Numbered from the stretch's first letter, positions 47,506 through 58,542 are shown. The stretch: 64,000 bases of DNA from Candidatus Heimdallarchaeota archaeon (GCA_020353515.1 CP070695.1:3710277-3774276), one strand, 5' to 3'. Notes: generated by a model from the sequence alone, not told the origin. Numbers and translations: made by a program.

Positions 47506-49242
47506 ATGAATGATGAGCCCATTTGGTACAAAAATTACCCAGAAAACGTCCCAAAAACCTTGGATTATCCATTGAAAAGTCTAGCTGATGTTTTAATCGA
47601 AAATGCCAGAGAATTCCCAAATAATCCCGCATTACTACTTGCAGGGAAACAATTTCACACTACCAGGATTACCTATGAACAACTTAACAGGTTCTCAACT
47701 AATTTTGCTAAACATCTTCACAAACTTGGTATTCAAAAGGGTGACAGGGTCGCTCTTTTCTTGCCTAATTTTCCAGAATTCGTTATCGCTTTCTATGGGA
47801 TCCAAAAATTAGGGGCAATAGTTGCCCCGTTAAACATAATGTTTACCCTGAAAGAATTAGAGTACCATATCAAGGATTCCAGAGCCAAAATAGTAGTGAC
47901 AATTAATGTGAAGAGTGGAGAACATGCATTTCTAGATCTGATTCATACTGTCGCCCAGAATGTCGGTCAACTTGATCACATAATTGTGGCTTCTATTAAA
48001 CCGTATATTGGAAAAGTGAAGGGGTTCCTTGGAGGATTGCTTGGTAAAATAGTAAAACTAAACCCTGATGATATTCCTTTCGAAAGAATGATTCAAGATG
48101 ATGAAACTATTTCTTACCCAGAGCCAAAATTCGACCCCAAAACTGATGTTGCCATGATTCCTTACACTGGAGGCACTACGGGGTTACCTAAGGGGGTTAT
48201 GCTGACTCATTGGAATTTACTCACTAATTGTTATGCTGCACTTCATTGGATGATTCCTATTTACAATGGACTACCAGAAAAGGGTATACATCGATTCCTT
48301 GCTGCTTTACCTCTTTTTCATTTGTTTGGAGGGGCTTTAGCTATGCTTCTCCCTATTTTCTTGGCTGATGAAATAATATTAGTGCCAAATCCTAGAGAAA
48401 GGAAATTCACGGAGTTATTAGAACTTATAGACACTTATAAACCAAGTTTTCTCCCATTTGTTCCCACTGGGTTTATTGCTTTACTCAATCATCCTCAATT
48501 TAAGAATTATGACTTGAAATCTATTGACTTCTGCCTGACAGGAGCTGCTCCTCTACCTGTTGAAGTGATGAAACAATTTGAGGAAGCAAGCGGGTCTACC
48601 CTCTTAGAGGGATGGGGGTTAACAGAAACATCACCAATAGCTAGTGCTAATACGCCATTAAATCGAAAAATTGGATCAGTGGGGATACCTTTCATAGATA
48701 CGAGTGTGAAAATCTTTGATTTGGATGATAAGGAAGTGGAGTTAAAAATAGGAGAAAACGGAGAACTTGGCATTAAGGGGCCTCAAGTGATGAAAGGTTA
48801 CTGGAATAAACCAGAAGAAACTTGCAATGTCATGAATAACCAAGGATACTTTATGACGGGTGATATTGGACATATGGACGATGATGGGTTCATTTATATT
48901 GAGGATCGTAAAAAAGATATGATCATCGCTTCTGGGTTCAAAGTTTTTCCTCGTGAAGTAGAAGAATATTTTTTTGAACATCCAGAAATCGAAAATGTGG
49001 CGATTGTAGGAATACCTGATAAATATCGAGGTGAAAGACCTAAAGCTTTCATTATCTTAAAACAAGGAGCAACTTGTACTGATATTGACCTTATGGAGTA
49101 CGCTAAGAAAGGTCTATCAAAGTATAAAGTACCTAAAGAAATTGAAATACGAGATTCTCTCCCTTTAAGTGCAGTAGGAAAGGTTTTACGGCGTTTATTA
49201 AGAGAGGACGAGAAAAGTATGTTAAATAATAATCCTAACTAG
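47506..49242 (+). CDS. Long-chain fatty acid-CoA ligase
   Basis: YTGGTTGLPKGVMLTH, EGWGLTETSP, GPQVMKGYWN, TGDIG, DRKKDMI, GKVLRR; probable ATG start at 47506. Confidence 0.93.
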   Translation: MNDEPIWYKNYPENVPKTLDYPLKSLADVLIENAREFPNNPALLLAGKQFHTTRITYEQLNRFSTNFAKHLHKLGIQKGDRVALFLPNFPEFVIAFYGIQKLGAIVAPLNIMFTLKELEYHIKDSRAKIVVTINVKSGEHAFLDLIHTVAQNVGQLDHIIVASIKPYIGKVKGFLGGLLGKIVKLNPDDIPFERMIQDDETISYPEPKFDPKTDVAMIPYTGGTTGLPKGVMLTHWNLLTNCYAALHWMIPIYNGLPEKGIHRFLAALPLFHLFGGALAMLLPIFLADEIILVPNPRERKFTELLELIDTYKPSFLPFVPTGFIALLNHPQFKNYDLKSIDFCLTGAAPLPVEVMKQFEEASGSTLLEGWGLTETSPIASANTPLNRKIGSVGIPFIDTSVKIFDLDDKEVELKIGENGELGIKGPQVMKGYWNKPEETCNVMNNQGYFMTGDIGHMDDDGFIYIEDRKKDMIIASGFKVFPREVEEYFFEHPEIENVAIVGIPDKYRGERPKAFIILKQGATCTDIDLMEYAKKGLSKYKVPKEIEIRDSLPLSAVGKVLRRLLREDEKSMLNNNPN

Positions 49243-49265
49243 TGTTTTCCTTTTTTTTTGAAGAT

Positions 49266-50045
49266 TTAGTTATTATCTTCTGAATTTGGGCGATTTTCAA
49301 ATCTATTTGGGGTTTTTAGGGCATAGGTACAAGAGGTTTGTAAGAAGCACTCTAAACACATTGGATTGTTTTTTTGGCAATAATTCTGGCCATGAACCAC
49401 TACTAAGGCATGAAATCGGCCTAATACTTCAAAATTTTTCTCCAGCACTTTAATTATTTCTTCTTGAATAATCTCGTATTTTTTTCTTAAATAATCTATA
49501 TCCCCGTAGATTCGAGCTAAGAAACGTCTAGTATATGTCCCAACAATCGGTACAGGTTGCTGAAAACAATACACTAAAATCGAATCGGCTGTCTCTTTTC
49601 CAACACCTTTACATGCTAGTAATTCTTCACGAGAGGGTGTATGTTCATTAAGAATACAAGTTGAAAGTAAATTACTTAAGGATTTAAGGTAAATTGATTT
49701 TTGTATATAGAAACCAGCGGGTTTAATAAGTTCTTCAAGGTCTTCTTTTTCTATTTTCTGCAGTTCTTCAAAAGAGAACACATTAGCTCGTTTTAAATTA
49801 GCGATTGCTTTGTTTACATTTCTCCAATTAGTGTTCTGAACTAAAATTGTCCCGACTGCTACTTCATAAGTTTCTAAAGTGCTTTTTTCACCCTTAATCC
49901 AAAGCTCCCACGTTTCTGCATGGGGATCAAGTCGAATGTAATAGTCCTTTAGCTGTTCATGGACTTTGGAGATCAAATTTCGGCAGCACCTTGATAAAAC
50001 AAACTCTTTTGAATTTATTATCAATTTAATTCTAAAATTCCTCAT
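49266..50045 (-). CDS. Endonuclease III-related HhH-GPD protein with 4Fe-4S loop; catalytic Asp replaced
   Basis: ILVQNTNWRNV, IKPAGFY, KGVGKETADSIL, IVGTYTRR, CQKNNPMCLECFLQTSC. Confidence 0.85.
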   Translation of the reverse strand: MRNFRIKLIINSKEFVLSRCCRNLISKVHEQLKDYYIRLDPHAETWELWIKGEKSTLETYEVAVGTILVQNTNWRNVNKAIANLKRANVFSFEELQKIEKEDLEELIKPAGFYIQKSIYLKSLSNLLSTCILNEHTPSREELLACKGVGKETADSILVYCFQQPVPIVGTYTRRFLARIYGDIDYLRKKYEIIQEEIIKVLEKNFEVLGRFHALVVVHGQNYCQKNNPMCLECFLQTSCTYALKTPNRFENRPNSEDNN

Positions 50046-50306
50046 TCAAAAGAAAAACTTTCTTCTTCATCCATCAACATTTAGGATTCTGTTGAGACAA
50101 GATGAGATTCTAATTATTTTTTTAAAAGCTTTAGTGCCTCAGGGTATGTTGTAAGGTTTGTCTCCACTCGTAATGAAAATTATTCTAGAAAATAAAAATA
50201 CTAGGTAAAATGTTAATAATATCGGGTTGTAATTATAAATTAATGGTAATTTCGGAGGTATTCTCTAGAATATTTTTTATATCTGCCCTTTTAGAAACTA
50301 TCTTGT

Positions 50307-50720
50307 ATGAAAACTCACGGAATAGACCTTAGAATGGAAGATCTAGCATGGCAGACAATGATAGTAAGTCTATTCCGGCAAACCGAAAGACAAACCCTTA
50401 ACCTTATTCTGTCTATAGTTGGGGTTACGACTCCTGAAGACGCGACAACATTAATTAATAACATTTTTCGTTTAGTTAGAAAAAGTATTATCTATATTCC
50501 AGAAGCTAGACTTAAAATCATTCATGATGCTCCTGAAATGGTTGATGTATATTTAATCAAAGCTTTTGATGAAGCTATGAAGGAACTGGCTCAAGAATTA
50601 GATGAATTACGAGGAAAAGTGGCTCATAGCTCTAAAATGAAACAGATACCCCAGAAAGTTTTAATTGATCTTGAGAATTATGCCTCAGGTAAGTACATTG
50701 AGAGATTTCACTTCAAATGA
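50307..50720 (+). CDS. Hypothetical helical protein
   Basis: 137-aa ORF filling an intergenic space; no motif recognised. Confidence 0.6.
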   Translation: MKTHGIDLRMEDLAWQTMIVSLFRQTERQTLNLILSIVGVTTPEDATTLINNIFRLVRKSIIYIPEARLKIIHDAPEMVDVYLIKAFDEAMKELAQELDELRGKVAHSSKMKQIPQKVLIDLENYASGKYIERFHFK

Positions 50721-50829
50721 ACAAGTTTTTTGAATTACAATCCACTTTGAACAATTAACAGAAGCCTGTTTGGTTAGAGATCTTTATTAAGGATTTATAC
50801 CCATAGTCTATATCCCAAAACTGAATTGA

Positions 50830-51489
50830 ATGGATCAGGGTGAAGAAAAAATGGGTATTTTTGACCGAGATAAGTTTGGTATTCAACAAAGACACCGGCG
50901 GTTACTTTCAGCACAAGAAGCTTATCACGTGAAAGATGTAGATACGGACCAGGATCTATTATGGATAAAGCGTGACAGATTTGGTCGTAAAACACATATG
51001 CACGTGTTTCCAGGTGACCCCAAATCCGCTCCAGAGATTATGACCATAAAAGACCTCTCATCATTTGATGCTTGGGCAAGTTTTGATATTCTTGACAATG
51101 AAACAAATCAAAATCTGGGCCGAGCTAAACGGAATTTTTGGTCAAGTATTTTCAGAGAAAATTGGACAATATGGGATGGATCTGGAAAGGTAGTAGGGAA
51201 AGTAAAGGCAAGAAGTCTACTAATCAGTCTTATGAGGAATACACGGTGGTTATTTGGCTGGATTCCCATTATTGGCTGGCTAGTTGAAGGATTTGCGTGG
51301 TTAATTCGCTTACAATTTGATATTTATCTCATTCGAGACGATACAGAAGTGAAAGTAGGCGAATTCAATCGAAGAATGACTATTGGAGACAAGTATGTAC
51401 TGGACATGACTGCAGATATTGAACGAACATTTAATCGAAAATTCGCTGTTGCTTTAGCAGTCCTACTTGACTCTGCTGAACAAAGATAA
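50830..51489 (+). CDS. LURP-one/scramblase (Tubby C-like) family protein
   Basis: Repeated Y/F-x-V/I-x-D beta units, ending DKYVLDM...RKFAVALAVLLD. Confidence 0.75.
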   Translation: MDQGEEKMGIFDRDKFGIQQRHRRLLSAQEAYHVKDVDTDQDLLWIKRDRFGRKTHMHVFPGDPKSAPEIMTIKDLSSFDAWASFDILDNETNQNLGRAKRNFWSSIFRENWTIWDGSGKVVGKVKARSLLISLMRNTRWLFGWIPIIGWLVEGFAWLIRLQFDIYLIRDDTEVKVGEFNRRMTIGDKYVLDMTADIERTFNRKFAVALAVLLDSAEQR

Positions 51490-51628
51490 GCTTAACAAAA
51501 TACGATAACCGTGGAATCTTTTCTATATAGTGGGCAATCTTTTCTGACGATCAACATTTAAAGGGTGTACATTTACGAAAAAACTTAGACTTTTGTCCTT
51601 ATAAAAAACCTACGGAGACAAATGAAGA

Positions 51629-52444
51629 ATGTTGGAAGGATTAATCGTCAGTATCGGAGTTTTCATTCTATTAGGGGTTGTGACATATATTGGGGCATGG
51701 TATACGGCGAAATCAGACTCACCCCGTGCCCTAATTGGTGTATACATTTTATTTTTAACTCTAGCTCAGTTCTTTGCTGCTAAAATTGCAGAATTTGATC
51801 TAGGTCTGGATAATATACCTTTATTTGGGCCTTTATTTACAGATCTGGGAATTCTTCCTATTTATGCACCCGTAGGAGTAATTGTATTTCCATTTACCCT
51901 ACAAATTACAGATATGGTAAACGAGAGATTTGGGAGAAAAGCAGTCTATGAAATGATCTGGATTGCCCTAATTAGTCAAATAATCATGGTTATTCTGTTG
52001 ATGTTGGCTGGATACCTTCCTGCTGCTGGAGATGATCCTTTAATTCCGTTCTCGATTGTCCCCGCGATAACATTAGCTTCTTGGATCAGCTTTCTTATTA
52101 GTGAACGATTTGATGCATGGATCTATGATAGAATTCGTTCATGGATCAAAACGCGAACGGATGAAGGAAGAGAGTGGTGGAGATATCTCTGGATAAGAAA
52201 CGTCTTTAGTGACATCTTAAGTCTCGGATTAGATTCTATCCTCTTTATCCCGTTAGCTTTTCTCATTTTCCCCTCCATTCAGAAGATTTTTGATACCTCA
52301 ATTGAAGTTATTAGCATTGATTTCATGTTTACTCTCATTTCTGGACAATTGATAACTAAATGGTTCCTTGGGTTAATCGACACACCTTATATGTATTTAA
52401 CACGTTGGATTTATGAGAGAAAAGGCCCTATTAATGTCAAATAG
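51629..52444 (+). CDS. Queuosine precursor transporter (YhhQ/VUT family)
   Basis: FPFTLQITDMVNERFGRK, ASWISFLISERFDAWIY, WIRNVFS, DSILFIPLAF, DTPYMY. Confidence 0.87.
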   Translation: MLEGLIVSIGVFILLGVVTYIGAWYTAKSDSPRALIGVYILFLTLAQFFAAKIAEFDLGLDNIPLFGPLFTDLGILPIYAPVGVIVFPFTLQITDMVNERFGRKAVYEMIWIALISQIIMVILLMLAGYLPAAGDDPLIPFSIVPAITLASWISFLISERFDAWIYDRIRSWIKTRTDEGREWWRYLWIRNVFSDILSLGLDSILFIPLAFLIFPSIQKIFDTSIEVISIDFMFTLISGQLITKWFLGLIDTPYMYLTRWIYERKGPINVK

Positions 52445-52472
52445 TTAAATAATAATAAGACTGCTTTTCCCC

Positions 52473-54641
52473 TTAAATCGATACCAAACTCTCCAGAGCG
52501 TTGATAATGGGTAGAGATCTTCCTTTGTACATCACATTTGGGTAATATTGTGAATAATACTTCAGTCCCACTCCAAATGTAACAACTAAACGATCTTCAT
52601 CTGATAAAGATCCTGTCTCCCCAGTTAAAGAGCCGATTTTTCTTGTTTGGCTAGATTTTATCTTAGGGATTAGAGTGTTCCATTCAATAGTTTCTGGGTC
52701 TTTCCGACGTTTTCTACATACGAAAATAATATCAAATTCAATACTTTTTTTCCCTCGGATCTGAGTACTGGTTTCCATTTCAGCACGAACAGGATAGACC
52801 GCTGCAATATAAAATTCATTATCTAAAAGGCTTTCTATTATGGAAGACCAGGCTTTCAACTGTTTATGATGGAAAGTAAACACCAACAGTCCTTCTACTT
52901 TCAACACACGATGAATTTCTGCAAAAACGGTTTTCAGTCCGCGTTGGTAATCCTTTTCGGTTTTTCCAAGTTTAGGGTTTTTCACAATTTCTGCTTTCTT
53001 CGGAGATAATGGTGGCTTGAACCATGGATACGAATCTTCAAGACCAAGACGTAACCATATGTAATAAAAATCTGATAACTCTGCATATTGAACATTATCA
53101 TAGTAAGGAGGATCTGTTATCACTAAATCCACACTATTATCAGGTATCTGGATCTCATGGGAGGAATGACAATATAAATAAATACTTCCTGATGGTTTTT
53201 GAATTAGCTCTGAATAGGAAGAAACCACTCTTCCAGTAATTGAACGTGTCATAGATTGGCGTTTAGTTTTCCCCTCTTCAGTAATATAATATTCATATGG
53301 ATTCTGACAAAACTCCTTTATTCGTATAGTTTTAGCAAAGAAGTTCTTGAAGGTACCTGTTCCATATTTCGCTGTTCCAAAAACATTATTCTCAACTGGA
53401 TTCAGTGTAGCAGGAAAAGCATGTTTGCGAAATAAGTTGTAGATATAATGGTTCTTTCGATGATACTCACATAGGAGGTTATTGTACTCCAGAGCTGTTG
53501 AAAACGTAATAAGGAAGAATTCTCTAATGTTCTGATCTTGAATTTGTAGAATCTCTTTCAGTATTTTTCCAAGGGCTAATAGTTGTCTAGCATTAAACAT
53601 ATCTGTAAAATAGAGAATTCTATGATTTAGTAATTCCTGAGTTTTTGCTCCCAATGGAATGGGTTGATTAGGAAGAGGTAACAGCTCTCGAATTGATTCC
53701 AATTCTTGATAAGCCTTTTGGTAGAGTTCATGATCTTTGGAATCAGCTCGTTTATAATCCCGCGTTTTACAATTAGGACAAAAATACTCTAACGCATACA
53801 ACTTTTCGATAGGTCTTCCTTGTTTAGTACTAGTTTCAACAATCTTAGCTGAATACTCACATTGCGGACAATAAAATTTTCCTCGCTTAACAATATAAGA
53901 AGATGAATCAAAAGCATAACTGCACTCAGGACATTGCAGATTCTTTTTCTTTATCGGATCCTGAAAAATAGTATTACATTGAGGGCATAGAAAGTATCCT
54001 AAACTGGAATCACTACGGCCATATGCAAACAAGTAACTTCTAAAAAGAGATAAGGTATCTGAACACTGTTCACATCGAATCTCTTTCACCCAGAAAAAAT
54101 ACATGACGTCTGCATAGTGTAAACAATGTTCACACTGCGTTTTATAGTATCTAGCGAGTTCTGAACTTATTTTGGAAGAGAGTTTCTTAAATTCACCCTG
54201 AAGGTTGTTGATATTAACATCTTCTAACTCTTTTTTTACTGTAAACCAAGCAACAGGATTCAAATCCCCTCCAATTACTCCCCCAAACCCTAAACGAATA
54301 GCTTCAACAATAGTTGTACCCCCACCCATAAATGGATCCAATACAACGAGATCGTGAAAACTGTACTCTTCTAGATAAATGTCCCAAAAATCCTTCTCTG
54401 ATAGTACTCTATGATTAGGTTGAATAGATTCATCTTTCAATTTGTTTAATGAAGAAGAAAGTGATGCATAAATAAGAATGGATCTAAATACTGAACCTAA
54501 GCGGCGAGCAAACCATTTATGAAGAGTAAGAACAGGACGATAATATCTTTTTGCATTACTTTCTTTATACGCTATCTCACTAACTTTTGAGAAAGGGAAA
54601 TAAGTTTCTATAGCTCTTTCTGGTACTTTTTTTTGCTCCAT
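52473..54641 (-). CDS. DUF1156/COG1743-type adenine-specific DNA methyltransferase with Zn-ribbon insert (paralog 1)
   Basis: LHKWFARR, LDPFMGGGTT, DLNPVAW, six CxxC, ITDPPYYDNVQYAELSDF, VFTFHH. Confidence 0.88.
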   Translation of the reverse strand: MEQKKVPERAIETYFPFSKVSEIAYKESNAKRYYRPVLTLHKWFARRLGSVFRSILIYASLSSSLNKLKDESIQPNHRVLSEKDFWDIYLEEYSFHDLVVLDPFMGGGTTIVEAIRLGFGGVIGGDLNPVAWFTVKKELEDVNINNLQGEFKKLSSKISSELARYYKTQCEHCLHYADVMYFFWVKEIRCEQCSDTLSLFRSYLFAYGRSDSSLGYFLCPQCNTIFQDPIKKKNLQCPECSYAFDSSSYIVKRGKFYCPQCEYSAKIVETSTKQGRPIEKLYALEYFCPNCKTRDYKRADSKDHELYQKAYQELESIRELLPLPNQPIPLGAKTQELLNHRILYFTDMFNARQLLALGKILKEILQIQDQNIREFFLITFSTALEYNNLLCEYHRKNHYIYNLFRKHAFPATLNPVENNVFGTAKYGTGTFKNFFAKTIRIKEFCQNPYEYYITEEGKTKRQSMTRSITGRVVSSYSELIQKPSGSIYLYCHSSHEIQIPDNSVDLVITDPPYYDNVQYAELSDFYYIWLRLGLEDSYPWFKPPLSPKKAEIVKNPKLGKTEKDYQRGLKTVFAEIHRVLKVEGLLVFTFHHKQLKAWSSIIESLLDNEFYIAAVYPVRAEMETSTQIRGKKSIEFDIIFVCRKRRKDPETIEWNTLIPKIKSSQTRKIGSLTGETGSLSDEDRLVVTFGVGLKYYSQYYPNVMYKGRSLPIINALESLVSI

Positions 54642-54669
54642 ACTTTTATTCCATCAATCATAATTGTTC

Positions 54670-55689
54670 TTATAGATAAAGCGCGATGAAAAAATCACCC
54701 AATAATGTGAATATTATAAAAATAACAGCCGAGAAGATCGCTGATATTGGTGTTGTGATTACCCAACTTATCCCTATTTCTTTGAGGCTATCTTTGTCCA
54801 TTTTCTCTTTATTGACGAAACCCACACCAATGAATGCTGCAACTAGGATATGGGATCCAGACAATGGCATCCCCATTAGTGTTCCGAAAAACATAATTAA
54901 GGATACAGAGACACTCGCAGCTAGCGCAGATGTAGGACTAAGGGCAACAATGTCACTAGATAGCTTTTTGACTACTCTTCTCCCAAGTAGGATAACACCA
55001 ATACACATTCCTAAACCCCCCGCGACAAGAGCGTAGATCAGCCCCATTCCACTAGAAAATTCATCAAGGGCCATCAATGGGCCAATCGCTTTTGCTACGT
55101 CATTTCCACTACGAGAAAATACTGAAAATAGCAAAAAGAGAGCCAATGCATAAGAGGCGATCTTTTCTTGCCGTTCATAATCAGAATAGCCAGTGGTTTT
55201 TATAGATTGACGAAATCTCATTATTAACCAGTAAAAGAAATATCCTCCAATCAAACCAATAACAGGACTAACTACCCAACTGGCAACGACTTCGAATAAC
55301 GTATTAAAATTTATTTGGTTCAGAAAATCCCAGCCATATCGCACTATAATAACTCCTAATACGCTACCAATAACTGATTGGGTGGAGCTAATTGGAACTC
55401 CTTTTATTGATACAATAAAAAGCCAAAGGGCCATTGAGATTAAGATTACAAATATCATATCTAATTCTAATGGCGCGGTGGATATTCCTTTTCCTACGGT
55501 CTTAGACACGGACTCTCCTAGAAAGAAAACGCCAATGAAATTAAAAATACCACCAATAATGACAGCAACACTCAGCGAAAGTAACCCAGCACCAACCGCT
55601 GGAGTCATAGTTTCATCATTAGCCCCAATAGTGAATGCGACGACAAAACCAAGGAGAAGAGCAGCACCTAATATAATGGGCTCGGCCAA
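54670..55689 (-). CDS. Inorganic phosphate transporter, PiT family
   Basis: GAND, PISSTQ, SGNDVAKAIGP, GMPLSGSH. Confidence 0.9.
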   Translation of the reverse strand: MAEPIILGAALLLGFVVAFTIGANDETMTPAVGAGLLSLSVAVIIGGIFNFIGVFFLGESVSKTVGKGISTAPLELDMIFVILISMALWLFIVSIKGVPISSTQSVIGSVLGVIIVRYGWDFLNQINFNTLFEVVASWVVSPVIGLIGGYFFYWLIMRFRQSIKTTGYSDYERQEKIASYALALFLLFSVFSRSGNDVAKAIGPLMALDEFSSGMGLIYALVAGGLGMCIGVILLGRRVVKKLSSDIVALSPTSALAASVSVSLIMFFGTLMGMPLSGSHILVAAFIGVGFVNKEKMDKDSLKEIGISWVITTPISAIFSAVIFIIFTLLGDFFIALYL

Positions 55690-55710
55690 TGTTTTTCACC
55701 CATGATCAAT

Positions 55711-56373
55711 CTAACTATGTTTTGCTATGAGCACCTTTAAGTAATCAGTGCCTTGCTCTGCTTCAATACTAATGCGAGTAGTAGCGTTGAGGACTCGACT
55801 CGTACCTCTCGGAAGTTCGTCATTCACTATCTTTTCTGAGATAATATAAAATAGGTCTCTAACTTCATCCCTTTTCTCTTCTACTTTGCGCGCAAGCTTT
55901 GATGCTTTTTCAAAATCTTCGAAAAAGAACTTATTAGCTTCCACAAAGTCTTCTATAACATCTTCAGTCAAATCTATTATCCGATCCATTTCGGGTGGAA
56001 AATAACTCGCATCAATTTTCTTTATGCAGACTACGCGAACAGCTCTTTCAATACGATCTAATAGGTGATCCGCGTTCAACATCATAGTGTAACGTTCCTC
56101 AGTGATTTGGGGGAGATAGGTCTTCTTTCTAAAAATCGTTTCAAAGAAAACATCTTTTACTTTGTCCGCATCCCGTTCTAATTTAATTATTTCGTCTCTT
56201 AACGCAAGGCCTCGTTCATAATCTCCTCCTCTCCAAGCTTTTAACGCTTTTTCGAATTTATCATAAGCTTCTTCTATAGACTCAACAAGCTTGATAAACA
56301 GTTCTGTTCCTTTTTTATGGATATCTTTATCCCTTAATAACTGTCCAAAGTATTCTCCAGTCATGGAATTCAC
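55711..56373 (-). CDS. DUF47/PhoU-like phosphate transport regulator
   Basis: LERDADKVK and VEEKRDEVR repeats; directly upstream of PiT. Confidence 0.8.
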   Translation of the reverse strand: MNSMTGEYFGQLLRDKDIHKKGTELFIKLVESIEEAYDKFEKALKAWRGGDYERGLALRDEIIKLERDADKVKDVFFETIFRKKTYLPQITEERYTMMLNADHLLDRIERAVRVVCIKKIDASYFPPEMDRIIDLTEDVIEDFVEANKFFFEDFEKASKLARKVEEKRDEVRDLFYIISEKIVNDELPRGTSRVLNATTRISIEAEQGTDYLKVLIAKHS

Positions 56374-56433
56374 TTCTATAGATTTTATATCCTTCTTGTA
56401 AAAAATATTCTTTTAATATAGGTATAAACTCTC

Positions 56434-58542
56434 TTAATTAGAAACAATATTTATATTTTTTAGATGATTGAAGAACTTTGATAAGATTTTTTCTAAATCA
56501 ATCGGGGGTTTTTGAGAATAGATTATTGAGATCTTGGGTAGAAAATCTGCAAAAATTTCTTCCCAAGCTGCTACATTCAAATCTTTTCTTGTAGAAGTCG
56601 AATAAGTTTCAATACTCTTTTCTATCTGCGACTCTAGGGACTCCCAACTCATTAATTTCTTTGTTGAGATTACTTCAGATGTTTTTCGACAAACCAGAAT
56701 GATGTCAAAATTTCTTCCTTTAACAGGTCTAGCACCGAATTCACTCCTTACAGGAAACGCTGCTGTTATCAAAAATTGACTATTTTGTAGTGCGTCGAGA
56801 ATCATCACCCACGCGGTTACGTTAGAATGGTGAAATGTAAAAACCAGAGGAGCATGTGATTTTAATACCGTATAGCATTCTTGAAATACTTTGGTAATTT
56901 TATTGAGGAAATTCTCCTTTTCTTGAGATGTACTTACTTCTTGATCTATATGAATTAGATCTGATCGAAATGCAGGATATTGAGAGGCTAAGGCTTGTTT
57001 TAACCAAACAAAAAAGAAATTTGCTAGTTCATTATACTGTATAAAATCAAAATACGGTGGATCTGTCACCACAATATCAACAGACTCTGGTGGAATACCA
57101 AAAGCTTGAAGATCCTCTGATGTGTCGTTTATGAGTAATGTATCAGCGTTTTCTTTTGCTATTAATGTTTGAAAACTATCAACAGAATTGGCTTCGATAC
57201 GATCTCCTTTGATAGGAATCCTGACTATCTGATCTTTTTTAATAGCAATTTCAAACGGGGATTTGCAATAGTATTTTGCTTTTTTTATCCTTTCAAGGTA
57301 AGTGATGAAGGTTCCATTCCCTTTTCTGCTTCCCCAAACGTTATTTTCCACATACATGGTTGGTACTAAAAATGATTGATAATTAAAGACATTAACGATT
57401 TGTTTCATCGTATAATTATAAGGACAGATCACAGTGTGAAATTCCAAGCTACTAGAAAACGCTGCTAAAAGGAATTCTTTTATATTTGAGTCTGAAACTT
57501 GTGCTATTTCCCCTAATAACAGACTTAGACTCAATAGTTGTCTTTTGTTAAAGAGGTCAGAAAAGCGTTTAAACCCATAATTTCGAAGATTTGAAATATT
57601 CTTCCCCCCTAGGGGTAATAATTCACGGGGAAATAGTAAATCATGTTTCTTTTTAGTAAATTCTTCTTTTATTTTCTCAAACTGATCTTTATCCTGTTTA
57701 TTAACTGTTTTATAATCACGCACGCCACATTTTTCACAATAGAATTCTATAGCTATTTGTCTTGAGGACAAAGAACTAGTAGGTTGTTGAAGCAGCTCTA
57801 TCAATTTGTATTCTTTCTGGCAACTGGTACAACTGAATTGTTTTAAACGACAATTCCCCAATTTTGGAATAAAGTCTTGAGAACACATGGGACATTTTGA
57901 TATCTCATCAAGCTTCTCCCATGTATGAAATAAATGGTCACATTGAGGACATATCACCATGGTAGCTGGACTTTTGCGTTGTTTCTTGCCAATGATGTAA
58001 TACTTGAATAGATCTTCCTGTGAATTACATGAAGGGCAAAGAATTGTACGAACCCAAAACACGTACATAATATCTGCATTTGGGGAGTTACATTCTGGAC
58101 ATACAGTATTATAATAGGATTTAATTTTTCTTCCAACGCTTTGAAAGATATTTTCAACCTCTTGATCAAAAACATTTTCATTGAATGGATCAAATTCTTT
58201 CTTTGTTGTAAACCACGCGATTGGATTTACATCAATTCCTACAGTTTTTATTCCAAGGCGATGAAACTCAATCAAGCTAGTTCCTCCGCCACAAAAGGGA
58301 TCTAAAGCGATTTTTCCCCGAAAATCATGGTTTTGATAGAAAGCTCCCTCTCCTGAATGGTTTGGATCGAATAGCTCATCTTGATAAAAATGTGCAAGGC
58401 CTATTGCCCGAAATGTTGTTCCAGGTCTTCGTGCCCATGATTTGTGTACTGAATAAATTGGCCGATAGAATTGTCGTCTCTGACTTTCCACTTTTGCCAG
58501 TGGTTGAATAGCAACAAGAGGAAATCGTTCTTCAATTGTCAA
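56434..58542 (-). CDS. DUF1156/COG1743-type adenine-specific DNA methyltransferase with Zn-ribbon insert (paralog 2)
   Basis: VHKSWARR, LDPFCGGGTS, DVNPIAW, six CxxC, VTDPPYFDFIQYNELA, VFTFHH. Confidence 0.88.
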   Translation of the reverse strand: MTIEERFPLVAIQPLAKVESQRRQFYRPIYSVHKSWARRPGTTFRAIGLAHFYQDELFDPNHSGEGAFYQNHDFRGKIALDPFCGGGTSLIEFHRLGIKTVGIDVNPIAWFTTKKEFDPFNENVFDQEVENIFQSVGRKIKSYYNTVCPECNSPNADIMYVFWVRTILCPSCNSQEDLFKYYIIGKKQRKSPATMVICPQCDHLFHTWEKLDEISKCPMCSQDFIPKLGNCRLKQFSCTSCQKEYKLIELLQQPTSSLSSRQIAIEFYCEKCGVRDYKTVNKQDKDQFEKIKEEFTKKKHDLLFPRELLPLGGKNISNLRNYGFKRFSDLFNKRQLLSLSLLLGEIAQVSDSNIKEFLLAAFSSSLEFHTVICPYNYTMKQIVNVFNYQSFLVPTMYVENNVWGSRKGNGTFITYLERIKKAKYYCKSPFEIAIKKDQIVRIPIKGDRIEANSVDSFQTLIAKENADTLLINDTSEDLQAFGIPPESVDIVVTDPPYFDFIQYNELANFFFVWLKQALASQYPAFRSDLIHIDQEVSTSQEKENFLNKITKVFQECYTVLKSHAPLVFTFHHSNVTAWVMILDALQNSQFLITAAFPVRSEFGARPVKGRNFDIILVCRKTSEVISTKKLMSWESLESQIEKSIETYSTSTRKDLNVAAWEEIFADFLPKISIIYSQKPPIDLEKILSKFFNHLKNINIVSN

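Noticed and set aside
50180-50300. Repeated TTCTAGAA-like (heat-shock-element-like) motifs
   Set aside because: Short AT-rich matches, irregularly spaced, expected by chance.
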